A DNA stretch of 57,105 nt. Origin: Octopus sinensis (Eukaryota). The DNA lies in NCBI RefSeq assembly GCF_006345805.1, contig NW_021835333.1:1-57105 (forward strand), given 5' to 3'. Shown one piece after another: positions 11,642 through 25,438 of this stretch; positions within the stretch are counted from its first letter, which is position 1; every line of letters starts with the position of its first letter. The position numbers were made by a program, and so were the translations under genes. Below the pieces are notes generated by a model. That model was given only the letters and a program-made list of their open reading frames with translations, searched no databases and was not told the DNA's origin.

Positions 11642-11937
11642 AACGCCTATAGTTTTGTAATTACAAATTAATACCAATTTAATTTGTTGTTACTAATACA
11701 CAAGGGTTGGCATAATGGACACACTACGCCAATGTCACTCTAGTTGATTTCTAATTATTCCTAGGTGGCGCTTGTATTTTTAATGCAGTGACACACTACA
11801 GTTATATTGGCCTGGCTGCTTATTTAGGGGAATATATATTTGATATGCTTGTTTGTGATTTTTTCTTTTTTCTTGCTTTGGGGTTTCGTTATTCTGAAAT
11901 GTTCTTCATTCTGGTAAAGTTGAACTTGTTTCTGAGG

Positions 11938-12220
11938 AAGGTGGCGAGCTGGCAGAACCGTTAGCACGCCGGTTGAAATGCTTAGCGGTATTTCGTCTGC
12001 CGCTACGTTCTGAGTTCAAATTCCGCCGAGATCGACTTTGCCTTTCATCCATTCGGGGTCGATAAATTAAGTACCAGTTACGCACTGGGGTCGATGTAAT
12101 CGACTTAATACCCATGTCTGTCCTTGTTTGTCCCCTCTATGTTTAGCCCCTTGTGGGTAATAAAGAAATAGGTATTTTGTCTGCCGCTACGTTCTGAGTT
12201 CAAACTCCGCCGAGGTCGAC
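11938..12220 (+). mobile_element. SINE family A, head + unit + start of second unit
   Basis: ggcgagctggcagaaccgttagc head; aaagaaata|ggtattttgtctgcc junction. Confidence 0.9.
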
Positions 12221-12571
12221 GGGAACTGGCAGTAACATTGATCTGTTTACATCGAAGTGAATTTGTAGCTCGTTAAAGAAGAACGATTAAAAATACCTGA
12301 GTGACATTGACCTCTATGACTACGAACTTCATGGCAAGAGATTAACAGAAATGAAGATAGACAGACAGACGGACGGACGGTCAGACTAGAATACTTAGAC
12401 ATTAACAGATATGAATATATATATATAGAACTTTTGTCTTTTACTTTTTTCGACTACGGCCATACTAGAGCATCGCATTGAAGGGTTTATAATCAAAACA
12501 AGCGATCTCTGAGTTTCCTTTTACATCTCGTACTTATTCTACAGCTTTCTTTTGCCAACTGCTAAGTTACA

Positions 12572-12605
<34 letters not shown>

Positions 12606-12609
<4 letters not shown>

Positions 12610-12865
12610 CGTGACCGACCAGGCTATCAGATGTTGCTACACATCGCTGGTCACAATGCGCTTCGTATTGTTTTAGCCTTCAAATGACGCCCCCCCCCCC
12701 CGGTGGCTAAGCGAGCAGGCCAACTGAAGAATGAGTGAGAGAAAGTTGTGGCGAAAGAGTACAGCAGGGATCTCCACCCACCCCCCTGCCGGAGCCGCGT
12801 AGAGCTTTAGGTGTTTTCGCTCAATAAACACTCACAACACCCGGTCCGAGAATCGAAACCGCGCC
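12606..12865 (-). mobile_element. SINE family C, 5'-truncated, tail type 3
   Basis: C body (gagcgaaaacacctaaagctc...ctctttcgccacaactttctctcac) joined to a tail ending ...ggtcggtcacggtgata. Confidence 0.8.
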
Positions 12866-12876
12866 TCCACACACAT

Positions 12877-12907
<31 letters not shown>

Positions 12908-14054
12908 CATACACACACACACACATACAGAGAGACAGTCGCGCACGACAGATTTCTTTGTTTCTGTTTTCAAAACCCACTCACGAAAACTCACCTGAGT
13001 TTGTTTTAGGACTTACATTTACACAAGGTGCCACACAGTGGAACCGAACCCAATGTTACATGGTTGAAAAACAAATTTATTACCACACAGTTACGCCTGT
13101 ACTCATATCGATTCACACACGTTTTTGTAACTAAACAGATACACATACTGGCTGCAACTAAATAGACACACGTACACACACACAACGTTATATAATGGCT
13201 GTGTGATACGTTTATGTGTCTCGGGATGAGTGATCTTGTCTATTTATACGTGACTTCGGGTTATCTCCCTTTTTTTCTGCCCTCTCTGTTTATGTCTGTC
13301 TGTCTCGGTCTCTTTGAATGTCTCGTTACGCAAGAACAGTTTAGTTAGTGAAAGTCTAACGCTTTCTTCCTATAAACATGGGCGTGCATGAATATTTTTT
13401 TCTGTTTGTATACGTGACTATCTGTCTGCGAACGTACGTATGTCTATATCTCTGTTTTGTGGCTGTTGTATAATTGTCGATGGTAACCTCTCATGACATG
13501 ACTCCGAATCAACTCTTACCTCCATTAACCAAAAATTAGAAGAAAAGAAAAAAAGTAGAAATACGTAAGAAATATTTAAAAAAAGCAACAAAAATCCAGG
13601 GAAAGATAAACCAACTATAATTGTTAGTGTTATTGCCATTATTTATTTATTATTTATTATTATTATTATTATTATTATTGCCAGCACGAGTTGTATTATA
13701 TACTTAACGATCGGCATACACACAAAGAAGATCAGGTCCTCTACACATCCACAGATTTATAGTAACATACCCGCACCAACACCCGCCGAAATACCCTATC
13801 AAAAATGTGCATTCGCCATTTTCTATTGTAGAATACTCTGCATTGATCCCAGATCCGCCATTAACAACACAAACATCATACATCGACAAAACACCTTTCC
13901 ACATGCTCACACATATGTCCTTCATTCTCTCACATTGTATAGACAGATATGGATATGTATATATATATGTGTGTGTACGTATCTGTATGCATTATATATA
14001 TATATATAGTATGTGTGTACGTATCGGTGTTTGTGTATATATATATACGCATAT

Positions 14055-14087
<33 letters not shown>

Positions 14088-14663
14088 CATATACGTGTGT
14101 GTGTGTATATAAATGTGTAGCTATGTGTATGCTCAATACATGCACACATGACGAGAATGAGCAGTGAAAATATTGAAAGGGGTAATGTGAATATTTAAAT
14201 AGGTATGAACACGTGTGTATGCATATATATATATATACATACACACACACATTTATGTGCATATATATGTATATATACATACATACATACATATACACGC
14301 ACACACATGCGCGTGCAAACATTAATATATATATACACACACACACATTTATGTGCATATATATGTATATATATATATATACACACACATATATGCACAT
14401 CAACATATTCTCACACACAAACCCTCGTATAACTCTTGTCAATATTGCCACTGATGCGCATTAATATCATAATGCATAAAAGATAAGACAGATTGTGAGA
14501 AAAAGTGAAAACGGGAGAGGGGGAAAAATGTGTGAATGCAGACGGAAGTATGTTATACGTTAGTATGTGTGCGAACGAGTGCGCCTGCGCAAAAGTGTGA
14601 GATTCATTTTGTGTGAGAGAATCCCCGCCATCGCCAAAATCATTATCACCACCCTGATCTTTT

Positions 14664-14682
14664 ATTATTATTGTTATTATTA

Positions 14683-14743
<61 letters not shown>

Positions 14744-14909
14744 CTTATTATTATTATTATTATTATATTATTATTATTATTTATTATTATTATTATCTTA
14801 TTATTATATTATTATTATTATTATCATATATTATTATATTATTATTATTATTATCTTATTATTATTATTTATTATTATTATATTATATTATTATTATTAT
14901 TATATATTA

Positions 14910-14943
<34 letters not shown>

Positions 14944-15093
14944 CATTATTATTATTATATTATTATTTATTATTTTATTATTATTATTATTATCATTATT
15001 ATTATTATTATTATTATTATCATTATTATTATTATTATTATTATCATTATTATTATTATTATTATTATTATCATTTATTATTATTATATATTA

Positions 15094-15124
<31 letters not shown>

Positions 15125-15186
15125 CATTTATTATTATTATTTATTATTATTATTATCATTATTATTATTATTATTATTTATTATTA

Positions 15187-15217
<31 letters not shown>

Positions 15218-15275
15218 CATTATTATTATTATTATTATTATCATTATTATTACCTTTATTGTTATTATTATTATT
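14664..15275. repeat. ~610-bp (TAT)n microsatellite with CAT interruptions
   Basis: Direct reading; source of the spurious poly-L/I/Y ORFs. Confidence 0.95.
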
Positions 15276-15543
15276 TGTAGTAGTAGTACAGAACAATCAA
15301 GATCCCTATTATTGCGTACTGATAAAGCAAGCGTGAATACGATTGTGTATGCGCCATTGTGTCCAAGTCTTCCGCTCTGTTTCGAATGCGGTCCACGCCA
15401 CACACACACACACACACACACACCGCTTGCTTATTCATTCATACAAGCGAAGAGACTATATACATGCATATGCACGTATGTGAGTGTGAGTGTGAGTGTG
15501 ATTATTATTATTATTATTACTATCATTATTATTATTATTATTA

Positions 15544-15738
15544 TTCAGTAGTTTTATTTTTTATAGCGTGCTTTCACTTCACTACCGAGCACAGCTCTGT
15601 GTGCCTTGGGTATGTGCTGTGATTTGTTGTGATGCTCTGATGGTTATTGTATGGAAAGTGTGTGCAGTGCCTAGGAGAGCAATTTTCTGTATGTTATATG
15701 TGTTTGTAAGTCCTGGTGTTTTTGTTATGTATTTATCT
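15544..15738 (-). mobile_element. R4/Dong-like non-LTR retrotransposon 3' fragment
   Basis: Encodes ...KTPGLTNTYNIQKIALLGTAH, the C-terminus typical of RLE-type R4/Dong ORFs; 3' end abuts (TAA)n. Confidence 0.7.
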
Positions 15739-16016
15739 ATATGGACATGTAAATGCACAGTATACATAAACGTATAAACACACATACACGGATATATATA
15801 TATATATAGTGAAAGAGTATAGATAGATAGATAGATAGATAGTAGATATTTGGTGACAACGATATAACTGAAAAGACTTGCGAAAATGTACAATGTTGTA
15901 CACAAAAACGGAGTGACATTCTTTCTGTGAATATCATTTATTTGCCTATAAACATGCCACGTTTTACTGTTTTACGTTATATATAAGAGAGAGAGAGAGA
16001 GAGAGTACGTAAGTCG

Positions 16017-16058
<42 letters not shown>

Positions 16059-16337
16059 CAAACTGGGACAAGAACGCAAAACATTTAGAAGACGATACAA
16101 AAAAACACGGACGGGACATCCGAAGCCTTCAATCTTCAGTCAAGAAGCGGATCATCCTCGCAATTTCGGCTGATTAATCTTGAGATTGCTCCACTCTGGC
16201 CAGCCCCAAGGAAAAACTAAGCTGAGCGCATTAGATTCTTTGGAAGAAAGCTTCGAATGTATACAAAACAAGGACGGAAAAACGGACGATGTTACACGAA
16301 TATGAATACAAAAATACGTAAAAACAATAATAATAAT

Positions 16338-16391
<54 letters not shown>

Positions 16392-16392
<1 letters not shown>

Positions 16393-16765
16393 TATATACG
16401 GCAGTTTGTCTGTGTGTGTTTCTGGGTGTCTGTTTGGTTGTACCCTCACCCTGACCACGGCTTTCAACCGATTCTGATGAAACTTGACACACACATAGCC
16501 CAATGTCATAATTCAAAACTAACGCATCGAAAATTTTGAAAAGTTCCCCCAGTTCTGAAAAAAATCGATAAATTCGACATGGGGTCGAGAATTAGAAACA
16601 CAAACCACAGACTGTCTAGGGAACGCAACTCGACCTTTTTAACTAAAAAAAAAATTTACCATCATTTTTTTCCCATTTTTTAGCTATTTTTTGGGTATAA
16701 CTCTCTAAAAATGCTTTATAGTTATTTCCCTTACAAACCTGAGCAACGCCGGGCGATACTGCTAG
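16392..16765 (+). mobile_element. Non-autonomous Helitron (same family as 3748-4129)
   Basis: Ends cctgagcaacgccgggcgatactgCTAG|T; 5' end merges into (TA)n. Confidence 0.85.
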
Positions 16766-16800
<35 letters not shown>

Positions 16801-17165
16801 TTATAAGAAGTGGATTACAGCGACTTCAAAGTTTTGGCTTATAGCCTTTATCAGCCTGTGCCCTTTCGGCTTTATATTGTCTGGTCAATGGTTTTTCTGG
16901 TCCAGGTAGAGCCATGTGGAATGATAATTATGTCTGATGTCTGTGCATCTTTGAAGTATATGTATAGGTGGTATGATAGAGGAGGGTAGGAAGCAAGTAT
17001 GTTTATATAGTGAGTGTTGGATTTTATTGTCTTATGTGGGCTTTGTGCTATTGCCCAGAGTTCAGCATTTAGGCATTTTTGGGTTTGTTGCTTAAATACA
17101 CCATATGCACTATAGGGTCTGATCATCACTCCGATCTTATCGACGAGAAACGGGCTTGGCATATT

Positions 17166-17466
17166 TTTTACTCTACTAGGCACAAGGCCTGAAATTTTTG
17201 AGGCGGGGCCAGTCGATTAGAACGACCCCAATATGATGACCACGAAAGGATGAAAGGCAAAGTCGACCTCGACGGATTTTGAACACATAACGTAAAGACA
17301 GACGAAATCCCTATTTCCTTATTACCCACAAGGGGATAAACATAAAGTGGACAAACAAGGACAGACAAACGGATTAAGTCGATTACATCGACGCGAGTGC
17401 ATAACTGGTACTTATGTAATCGACCCCGAAAGGATGAAAGGCAAAGTCGACCTCGGCGGAATTTGA
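17166..17466 (-). mobile_element. SINE family A dimer, the downstream unit carrying an alternative tail (A')
   Basis: Two consecutive bodies joined at aaggaaata|gggatttcgtctg; tails ...ccccttgtgggtaataa and ...tttcaggccttgtgcctagtagag. Confidence 0.75.
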
Positions 17467-17573
17467 TGGTGACGAGGCAAGGTCATTACTGATGGAGAGA
17501 TCCTACAATCCAAATAGTTCCCGCCGTGAACATGGAAAAGAAATAGTTCCCGCCGTTGCCATGGAAAAGAAGC

Positions 17574-18020
17574 GGATCTTTTCGGCTTGAACGGCAGTTT
17601 TTTCTGGCGGTGCCATATGAAATTGTCACCCTTAATTATAACCCTAGAATCAATCTATTGCATTTGAATTTCTTTTAGGGTTAGTCAGGGTTAGGGGTGG
17701 GGGAAGGGTATCTTTTTTTCTTCACAAATGTAAATAAACCCAATCTGTTTCTTAAACGAGAGACATATTCATACGGCACAGAATGTTTTTTTTTACCTCA
17801 ATAGACGTCAGTGATTGGTTGAAATTTCAGAAATTGAAGAAAAAAACCCAACAAATATCTTGGAAGCTATAGAATTTTCTCAATAAAGCCAAGAGAAAAA
17901 GATGTTTTATAAACACATTCTACCAGTATACGAAGTTTAAAAGTGTTTAGTTACGTGGAAATTATTTGAAAAATCCGCCGGTCAAACCGAGAAAATCCGC
18001 CGGTCAAACCGAGAAAATCT
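17574..18020 (+). mobile_element. hAT-type MITE family E
   Basis: Perfect 8-bp TSD aaagaagc (17566-17573, 18021-18028); short tandem duplication in right TIR. Confidence 0.9.
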
Positions 18021-18932
18021 AAAGAAGCATTTTCGCTAATTGTGCGCTATCGAACATTAAGCCAGATATTTGTGGAGCAAATTTTTAAACACACAGCCAT
18101 CGCTGCGCCCGATATATCAAAACAGATAATACGGTTGTGTGCAGTATTGACCGCCACGTTCATCCAGCTCATAATCAGAGGAAGTCCCGTTCGCAAGTCT
18201 CATGCATTGTGCTAGAAATAAATATAATTGAACGAAACAAAACCCTAAACAAAGACCGGACAAAAGAAGCCGAAACACACAAGTTTAGAGTAAATGAAAC
18301 GTAACAAGGCTCTATCCTGTCCTCATACAACCTAATGAGTGCAATCAATCAAGGCGACATATGAACCGAGAGAGAGAGAGAGAGAGAGAGAGAGGCATCT
18401 GGCTTTAATATGGTTTGAGCAAGACTAGAGCACTTCCGGTGCATTACTTGTTCAACTTCGACACACGTGCAACAGCGCCCTCTTTCGTACTGTACGACCT
18501 TGCTAAATACTCCCAACTATTCTGTCCTACTTGATGTAAAATCTCAACTACTTTTGTAATTTCTCATACTGTCCCCACCAGCTGTTGCTCTTGAAAATAA
18601 ACATTTATTTATTCTACGTTCTTTAGTTTCTGAGTTCAAATCCCTCTGCAGTCATCGTATTTCATCCTCTCTCTCACTGGCTCTAAAACAGTCTTCCTTT
18701 CAATTCGGGAAATATATTTGTTGGAATTTTATCTGTCATTTTTGCTCTCCATTGTTTTAGGTAACCCCCTCACTACGTTTTATACTTTGGTTATTTCATC
18801 AACGGGTTTGCTTTTGACAGAAGTCTTGATTCTGTATTTATACTTTATTTACTTTGTGTGTAATCTGACCGATACAAAAACAATAGGAGTAATAATAATG
18901 GTAGTCAATCAGAATACATGATTATTATTATT

Positions 18933-19200
18933 ATTCAGTAGTTTTATTTTTTATAGCGTGCTTTCACTTCACTACCGAGCACAGCTCTGTGCCTTGGGTA
19001 TGTGCTGTGATTTGTTGTGATGCTCTGATGGTTATTGTATGGAAAGTGTGTGCAGTGCCTAGGAGAGCAATTTTCTGTATGTTATATGTGTTTGTAAGTC
19101 CTGGTGTTTTTGTTATGTATTTATCTGAATATTTTTTTATCATGCCTAATGCACCTACTATGATAGGAATTGTTTCTGTTTTTAGATTCCACATTCTGGT
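18933..19200 (-). mobile_element. R4/Dong-like non-LTR retrotransposon 3' fragment
   Basis: Encodes WNLKTETIPIIVGALGMIKK...IQKIALLGTAH; (TAA)n on both sides. Confidence 0.75.
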
Positions 19201-19214
19201 TTATTATTATTATT

Positions 19215-19980
19215 AAGGCGGCGAGCTGACAAAATCGTTAGCATATAGGAGTGGGTGTGTGGTAGGTAGCTTCCTTGCCAACCACAGAACGTAACGGCAG
19301 ACGAAATACAGCTACACATTTCGTCCGGCGTGCTCTGCCATCTCGCCGCCATCATTCGTTTTATGGTTTGCCTCCTCTGTAGTGTTGTGTCAGTATTTGT
19401 AGTGTCCCTTCTTTGTTGTGGCCGTAGTGCAAAATAAAGAAACATTGGCGGAGGTTTGCGGTATTTCGTATGTCTTTTACTTTCGGGGTCGATAAATTAA
19501 ATACAATTTGCGTATTGGAGTCGATCTAATCAACTTAATCCCTTTGTCTGCCTTTGCTTGTCCCCTCTATGTTTAACCTCTTGTGGTCAATAAAGAAATA
19601 AATTTATTAAGGCAACGAGCTGACAGAATCTTTAGCACGCCGAGAAAAATGCTTAGCGGCAGTTCGTCAATCTTCAAGTTCTTAATTCAAATTCCCCCAA
19701 GGTTGACCTTGCCTTTCATCCTTCCGAGGTCGATGATTTAAATATCAGTGAAACACTCAGGTCTATAATCGACTAGTCGCCCCACCCCACCCCCCAAAAA
19801 TTAGGCCTTGTGTTTTTAGTAGAAAGGATTATTTTAAGAACTGGCAGAATCATTAGCACGCCGGTCAAAATACTTGGCGACATTTCGTCCGTCTTCAGGT
19901 TCTGAGTTCAAATTCTGCTGAGGTCGACTTTGCCTTTCATGTGGTTGGTAAGCAAGCTACTTACCACACGGCCACTCCTT
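19215..19980 (+). mobile_element. Cluster of three degenerate SINE-A/A' copies ending in an antisense SINE-B head
   Basis: Heads aaggcggcgagctgac (19215), aaggcaacgagctgac (19608), actggcagaatc (~19840); B-head reverse complement at 19939-19980. Confidence 0.7.
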
Positions 19981-20199
19981 CGCCTATGTTGAACAAAAAT
20001 GTCCATGAAAGTTTATTTGCATTACTTAGGATTCTAAGTTCAAATCCCGTCGGAGACAAATTTGGCGTTGTTCCTTACTTTATGGAAATGTATACAAGTA
20101 ACATAACAGTGTGAGATTTTATCGATTATGTCTTATTTACAAATGTAAAATAATGTGTGAAAGTTCGATGACAGGGTGGAAAAATTGGTGATTGATTTC

Positions 20200-21170
20200 T
20201 TGTTTACTTGCTGGAAAAACAGATGAAACATTTCGCAAAAATGTGGAAAGAATAAAGTGGGGGGAGTGAAGGGGCAGAGTGAGAGTGGGTTATTCTGTGT
20301 TTGAGAAGGATTGTGAAAAGAGAGAGAGAGAGAGAGAGAAAATAACTTGTGGGGAAGAGGAAATGAGAGAGATAGAGAATCAGTAAAGGAATAACTGAGT
20401 GATTAAGCAAGATAGAGAAGGGGGAAGTTATAACGCAGAGGGATTATGTGATGAAGTTACTGGTAGATATAGAAAAAGAGAAAGTGTGAGAGAGTAAGGT
20501 TGAGGTGGAGAGAGAGAAAGCTAGTGAGAGAGACACTAAGAGAGAAAGGGAGTTAGAGAGATCCTAAATAGTGAGAGAAAGCGTGTGACTGAGACAAGAG
20601 AGAAAGTTGGTGAAAGTAATAATTAGTGAGAGTTTATGAGGAACAGAGAGAGTTAGCAAAAGAGATAGGGGGAGAGAGGTTTAGTGAAATGTAGGGAGTT
20701 AAGAGCGAGAGTTAGAGAGTTAGTGAGAAATAAATGAAACGAAAAAGAAAGAGAAGAGCAAAAAAGTATTGTGAGTTGAAGAGGAATGGAGAAGAGACTT
20801 GTGGGAGAGATAAAACAAGTCAAGAGTAGAGAAAGATAAGCAATGACAACAATAGGAAAGAAGATGAGACAGTGAGGGAGGTGGATAGAGGTAGGAATGG
20901 AGAGGGCATCTGAGAGAAATGCATGCAAAAAAAAATTTTTTAATGAGAAGGGATTTAGAAGAAAAAAAAGAGAAATAAAACGTAGAGAAAAGAATTAAGG
21001 GAGGAAGAGAGTAAAAAGAGAGCGAAAACAGGGGAGACAAATCGTGTCAAGAAAATAAGTTGGAGCTTTAAGATTTGCAGAGCCAAGAAGAGAGGAAATG
21101 AAAAACAGAGAGAGAGAGAGAGGGGGGGTGAGGAGGACAGATAGAATGCAGGACTGAACATGAAAAGATT
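20200..21170. repeat. ~1-kb purine-rich (GA-rich) low-complexity tract
   Basis: Plus strand strongly enriched in G/A with (GA)n runs. Confidence 0.8.
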
Positions 21171-22587
21171 TGGAAATCAGGCTAACTCTATGGGGAAATC
21201 AAGGCGAAACGGTTAATAAAACCAACCGGATTGGCATGGAAAATTCCTCATGCGAGTAGATATTTAGTGTTGATGTTGTTTGGCAGCGAGTTTTTGTTGT
21301 TTTTCTGCAGTTGTTGTTGGTTTTGTATGCGTGTGTGTGTGTGTGTTTTTTGTTGTTTTTTTTACTATTAGTTTTGTTAAACGTTTCATTTCATTTCACA
21401 ATATATGTGTGTGTGTGTATGTGTGTTTGCATTTCTGCACGTAATTATGTGTGTGTGTGTGTGTGTATGAACGTGAATGATTCGTCTTCGCGTGTGAGCA
21501 ACTTTATGAAGTAATACATGTATGTATGTGCGTGTGTGAACGCGTGTCTGTATATGTACACACACTCACATATACATTTATATATATACACACATATGCA
21601 TACATACACAGGTATGTGAACATGTAAATATGTGTGTGCGAGTATGGATGTAAATAGAGGTATATGCATATATACACACACACACATATATATATATATA
21701 TACACATGCATTCATATATATAATATACATGTACACATAAATGTAGATATGTATGCATATGTGTTATATATATATATATATATACATACATACATGTGTG
21801 CATGTATGTACACATGTGTGTATCGTATGTGTATGTTTGTGTGTGTGTATCCCATATTATATGAAATTATGGAAGGTGGTAGAATGGCGGGAAGGTTGTG
21901 TTGCCGCAATAAATGTGTTGCGGTGGTTTCCTTATCTCCCTTTTACGTTTATTCATCAATATATATATATATATGTATGTATATATATAGACAAAAGAAA
22001 AAAACCTAAAACACCCCACCCCGCAATCATAGTTCAATTCAACATTCGTCTCTTGCGGTCGATAAAATGCGCACATACCACGTGGAAAAGAAGACGGTAT
22101 GATGAGCGATTACATTGGCTACGCGCATATTTTATGGTCAGGCCTGCTAGAAATAGGAGCCAGATCTCCAGTCAAATTTCACAATTATTATCTTTAAATT
22201 AGGACACCTTGATGCGTAATTTTGTTTAGGAATAGCCATAACAAAAAAAAAAGCGCAAATTAATGAGGGTGACTCATGGTTTATTGGCCCATCGAGGAAA
22301 ACTACCCAAATTTGCTCAAATCAAGCCCTAACGTCTTTAAGCGAGAAAGGCCATTTCGACAAAGTTTACCTGAATATACAAAACAAGCATTTGTCCGCAG
22401 TTTGTCCGATCCATCTCCATTTCCTTCGTCTACTCTGAACATGTATGGGTTCCTGGTTGGCCCTTTCCCACAGGGAAATATACTTCAGATATTATTATTA
22501 TGCATGTAGCTGATCATATTTAAGCTAAGTTTGCCTTGTCTTAGGCATAACAACAATTATTGATGACAGTAATTTATATGAGCCACA

Positions 22588-22976
22588 TCTTTATATATAA
22601 AAGTGAGGTTGTGTGGTGTCTGTCTCCTACGATTTAGATTCCTAACTACTCCCACATTTTGTGGTGAAGTTTAACCAAAACCGGGTATCTTATAGTCGTG
22701 ATTCATATCGAGCCCTTCTGGGTATTAGCGCACGTCTACGATGAGTCTACGATTTAAAAAAAAAATTAACATAATTTTTCCGCATTTTTAATGCGTTTTC
22801 GCTCGGTTTATATAAGGGAAGTAACTCTCTAAAAATGTATTATTAAATCTCAGAACGTAAAAAGCTACAGTAATGTGGTTAATCATATTGAGATGGCTTT
22901 TATACTTTACATCTCTAAAAATGCTTATATAGTTATTTCCCTTACAAACCCGAGCAACGCCGGGCGATACTGCTAG
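22588..22976 (+). mobile_element. Non-autonomous Helitron, different 5'/internal part, shared 3' end
   Basis: A|TCTTTATATATAAAAGTG ... cccgagcaacgccgggcgatactgCTAG|T. Confidence 0.85.
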
Positions 22977-23574
22977 TTTTATATAATTTAATTTAATAAC
23001 TTTTTCAATTTCTGCTCTTAGGCGATATATTGATAACATTTGCGTAATCCTCCCTAGTTACGGCCTCTGAAATTCTTCATAATTCCTTATAATCCCAGAA
23101 ATACTTTTAACTTTAATTAACACGGGTGGCTTTTTAATTCTTCATAATTCTTATAAACTTCTAACTTTTTCGTATTGCTCACAGTAATTTTTAATTTTTT
23201 CGTAATCTTTTAGCTCTATGCTAATCTTGCATAATTATAGTCGATTTACTTTATTCTAAATAATCTTGTGACAATATTGGATTTTGAAACGTTGGGTTAA
23301 TAAGTTTTCGGGGTTTTATTGGGGGAAAATTGGTTCTGTTCTTCCTCATCTGCTATTTTCCGGCTTCTCAATTCGTAACTGTTTTTGCGGCCAAACAACT
23401 GATAATTATAAAGTTGTAAATTCATAAATTTAAATCCTTTAATTATCACTGATTATTGTCCATACTATGTTCATTAGTCTAGCCTGTACAATTATTTGTT
23501 TGTGCCGCCAATACGGTCTTGCTGTCAAAGTAATGATCACTCTATTTCATTTCTCCTCTTCTTCCCCCCCCCCT

Positions 23575-23908
23575 GAAGGCGCATGGCTCAGTGGTTAGAG
23601 CGTCGAGCTTACGATGATGAGGTCGTGAGTTCGAATTCCGGACCGGGCTGCGTGTTGTGTTCTTGAGCAAGGCACTTTATTTCACGTTGCTCCAGTTCAC
23701 TCAGCTGTAGAAATGAGTTGCGACGTCACTGGTGCCAAGCTGTATCGACCTTTGTCTTTCCCTTGGATAACATAGGTGGCATGGAGAGGGGAGGCTGGTA
23801 TGCATGGGCGACTGCTGGTTTTCCATAAACAACCTTGCCCGGACTTGTGTCTAGGAGGGTAACTTTCTAGGTGCAATCCCATGGTCATTCATGACCGAAG
23901 GGGGTCTT
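23575..23908 (+). mobile_element. SINE family D
   Basis: Colinear with 10373-10712. Confidence 0.85.
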
Positions 23909-24311
23909 TACCCCTTTATTCTTTTTCCCTCATTTCTTTTCTTTTTCCTTCCCTATCCTTCTTTCGACCTCCTACTCTGAATTCTCACAAGGAACTTCGC
24001 TAACCTTCGGTTTTCCTTAAGTTATTCTCCCTGAATTTATAATCAGCTGGACCTCCTTTAATTAGTTATTCTATTATTTCTGTAATAAACAATCGGAACC
24101 TATTTATCAAGATTAATTTAATGAACCAATAAATAACGCTGGAATTTATTAACCATATCATTCCTTAATGCAGTCAACTTTAAAAATATATAACACTGTA
24201 AATGCTTTTTTTTTTAAGAGCATCGCCAATAACTGTGCTTGTTAATGTTTTGGAAATGCCAAAGGGCATATTTTGGCGCCTTCTAACTGCCGGTATACAA
24301 GCATGTATCTT

Positions 24312-24533
24312 AAGGCGGCGAGCTGGCAGAAACGTTAGCACGCCGGGCGAAGTGCTTTGCGGTATTTCGTCTGCCGTTACGTTGTGAGTTCAAATTCCGC
24401 CGAGGTTGACTTTGCCTTTCATCCTTTCGGGGTCGATAAATTAAGTACCAGTTACGCACTGGGGTCGATGTAATCGACTTAATCCATTTGTCTGTCCTTG
24501 TTTGTCCACTCTATTGTGGGTAGTAAAGAAATA
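24312..24533 (+). mobile_element. SINE family A monomer
   Basis: Full head and tail; duplicated flank ggtatacaagcatgt at 24292-24306 and 24534-24548. Confidence 0.9.
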
Positions 24534-24939
24534 GGTATACAAGCATGTTCTGCCACTACCAACCATTCTTTATGAACGAGGTTGCTACGTTTAATGGCAT
24601 CTTTGGGAACACCTTTAACTGTTCTTTAATTTAGAACTTCACTCTGATATCCACCCTTATTGTTTGACAATTTGTGATCCCACCCGCTTTATACTTCTTA
24701 AATGTTAGAACTTCTGATAAGAAATTTCAGATGTTGGTATTCTATTGATTAATCAACATATTACTACTTGCTCGTTTATTTGGTTAGCCTGATGAGTGGG
24801 GAGTTGCGTAACATATTACGTAACGTCGGGTATGCTGTGCCCACTGCATATCTAACACTACTATGCTTACGTCAAAATAAGGGCTATTAGTGAAACAATT
24901 GTAGTTATACCAGATAAAGAATTGGTTCGTTATGGACTC

Positions 24940-25380
24940 TTTTACTAGTTTCAGTCAGTTGACTGCGGGCACCACCTTGAAGGGTTTTAGTCAAATCGAC
25001 CCCAGAACATATTTTTAAAACCCAGTACTTATTCCTTATGTGTCTTTTACTGAGCTGCTAAGTTACGCGGGCGTAAACACATCAACACTTATTTCTTTAT
25101 TGCCCACAGGGGGCTAAACATAGAGAGGACAAACAAGGACAGACAAAGGGATTAAGTCGATTACATCGACCCCAGTGCATAACTGGTATTTAATTTATCG
25201 ACCCCGAAAGGATGAAAAGCAAAGTCGACTTCGGCGGAATTTGAACTCAGAACGTAACGGCACACGAAATACAGCTAAGCATTTCGCCCGGCGTGCTAAC
25301 GTTTCTGCCAGCTCGCCGCCTTCTAAACATACACATCAACACTGGTTGTCAAGCGATGATGGGGGAGACAAAACACAGCC
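24940..25380 (-). mobile_element. SINE family B 3' half interrupted by SINE A
   Basis: B body resumes after the A copy. Confidence 0.75.
25090..25322 (-). mobile_element. SINE family A monomer nested in SINE B
   Basis: Full head; duplicated flank acacatcaacact (25077-25089, 25331-25343). Confidence 0.9.
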
Positions 25381-25438
25381 GTTATATTCAAGCAAATGTG
25401 ATCTGGTAGCGTCGCCCACGCTTTCCTTAATTGTTACC

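Noticed and set aside
14567-15336. Long ORFs of 221-237 aa
   Set aside because: Translations of (TAT)n microsatellite.
16120-16150. Hammerhead on minus strand (CTGAAGA...)
   Set aside because: No GAAA or convincing stem II downstream.
18475-18510. Hammerhead remnant (gtac-a-gtac-GAAA on minus strand)
   Set aside because: CTGANGA core absent; too decayed to support.
22276-22509. 77-aa ORF as a host exon
   Set aside because: No recognisable motif, paralogue or clear splice sites; length is within chance expectation.
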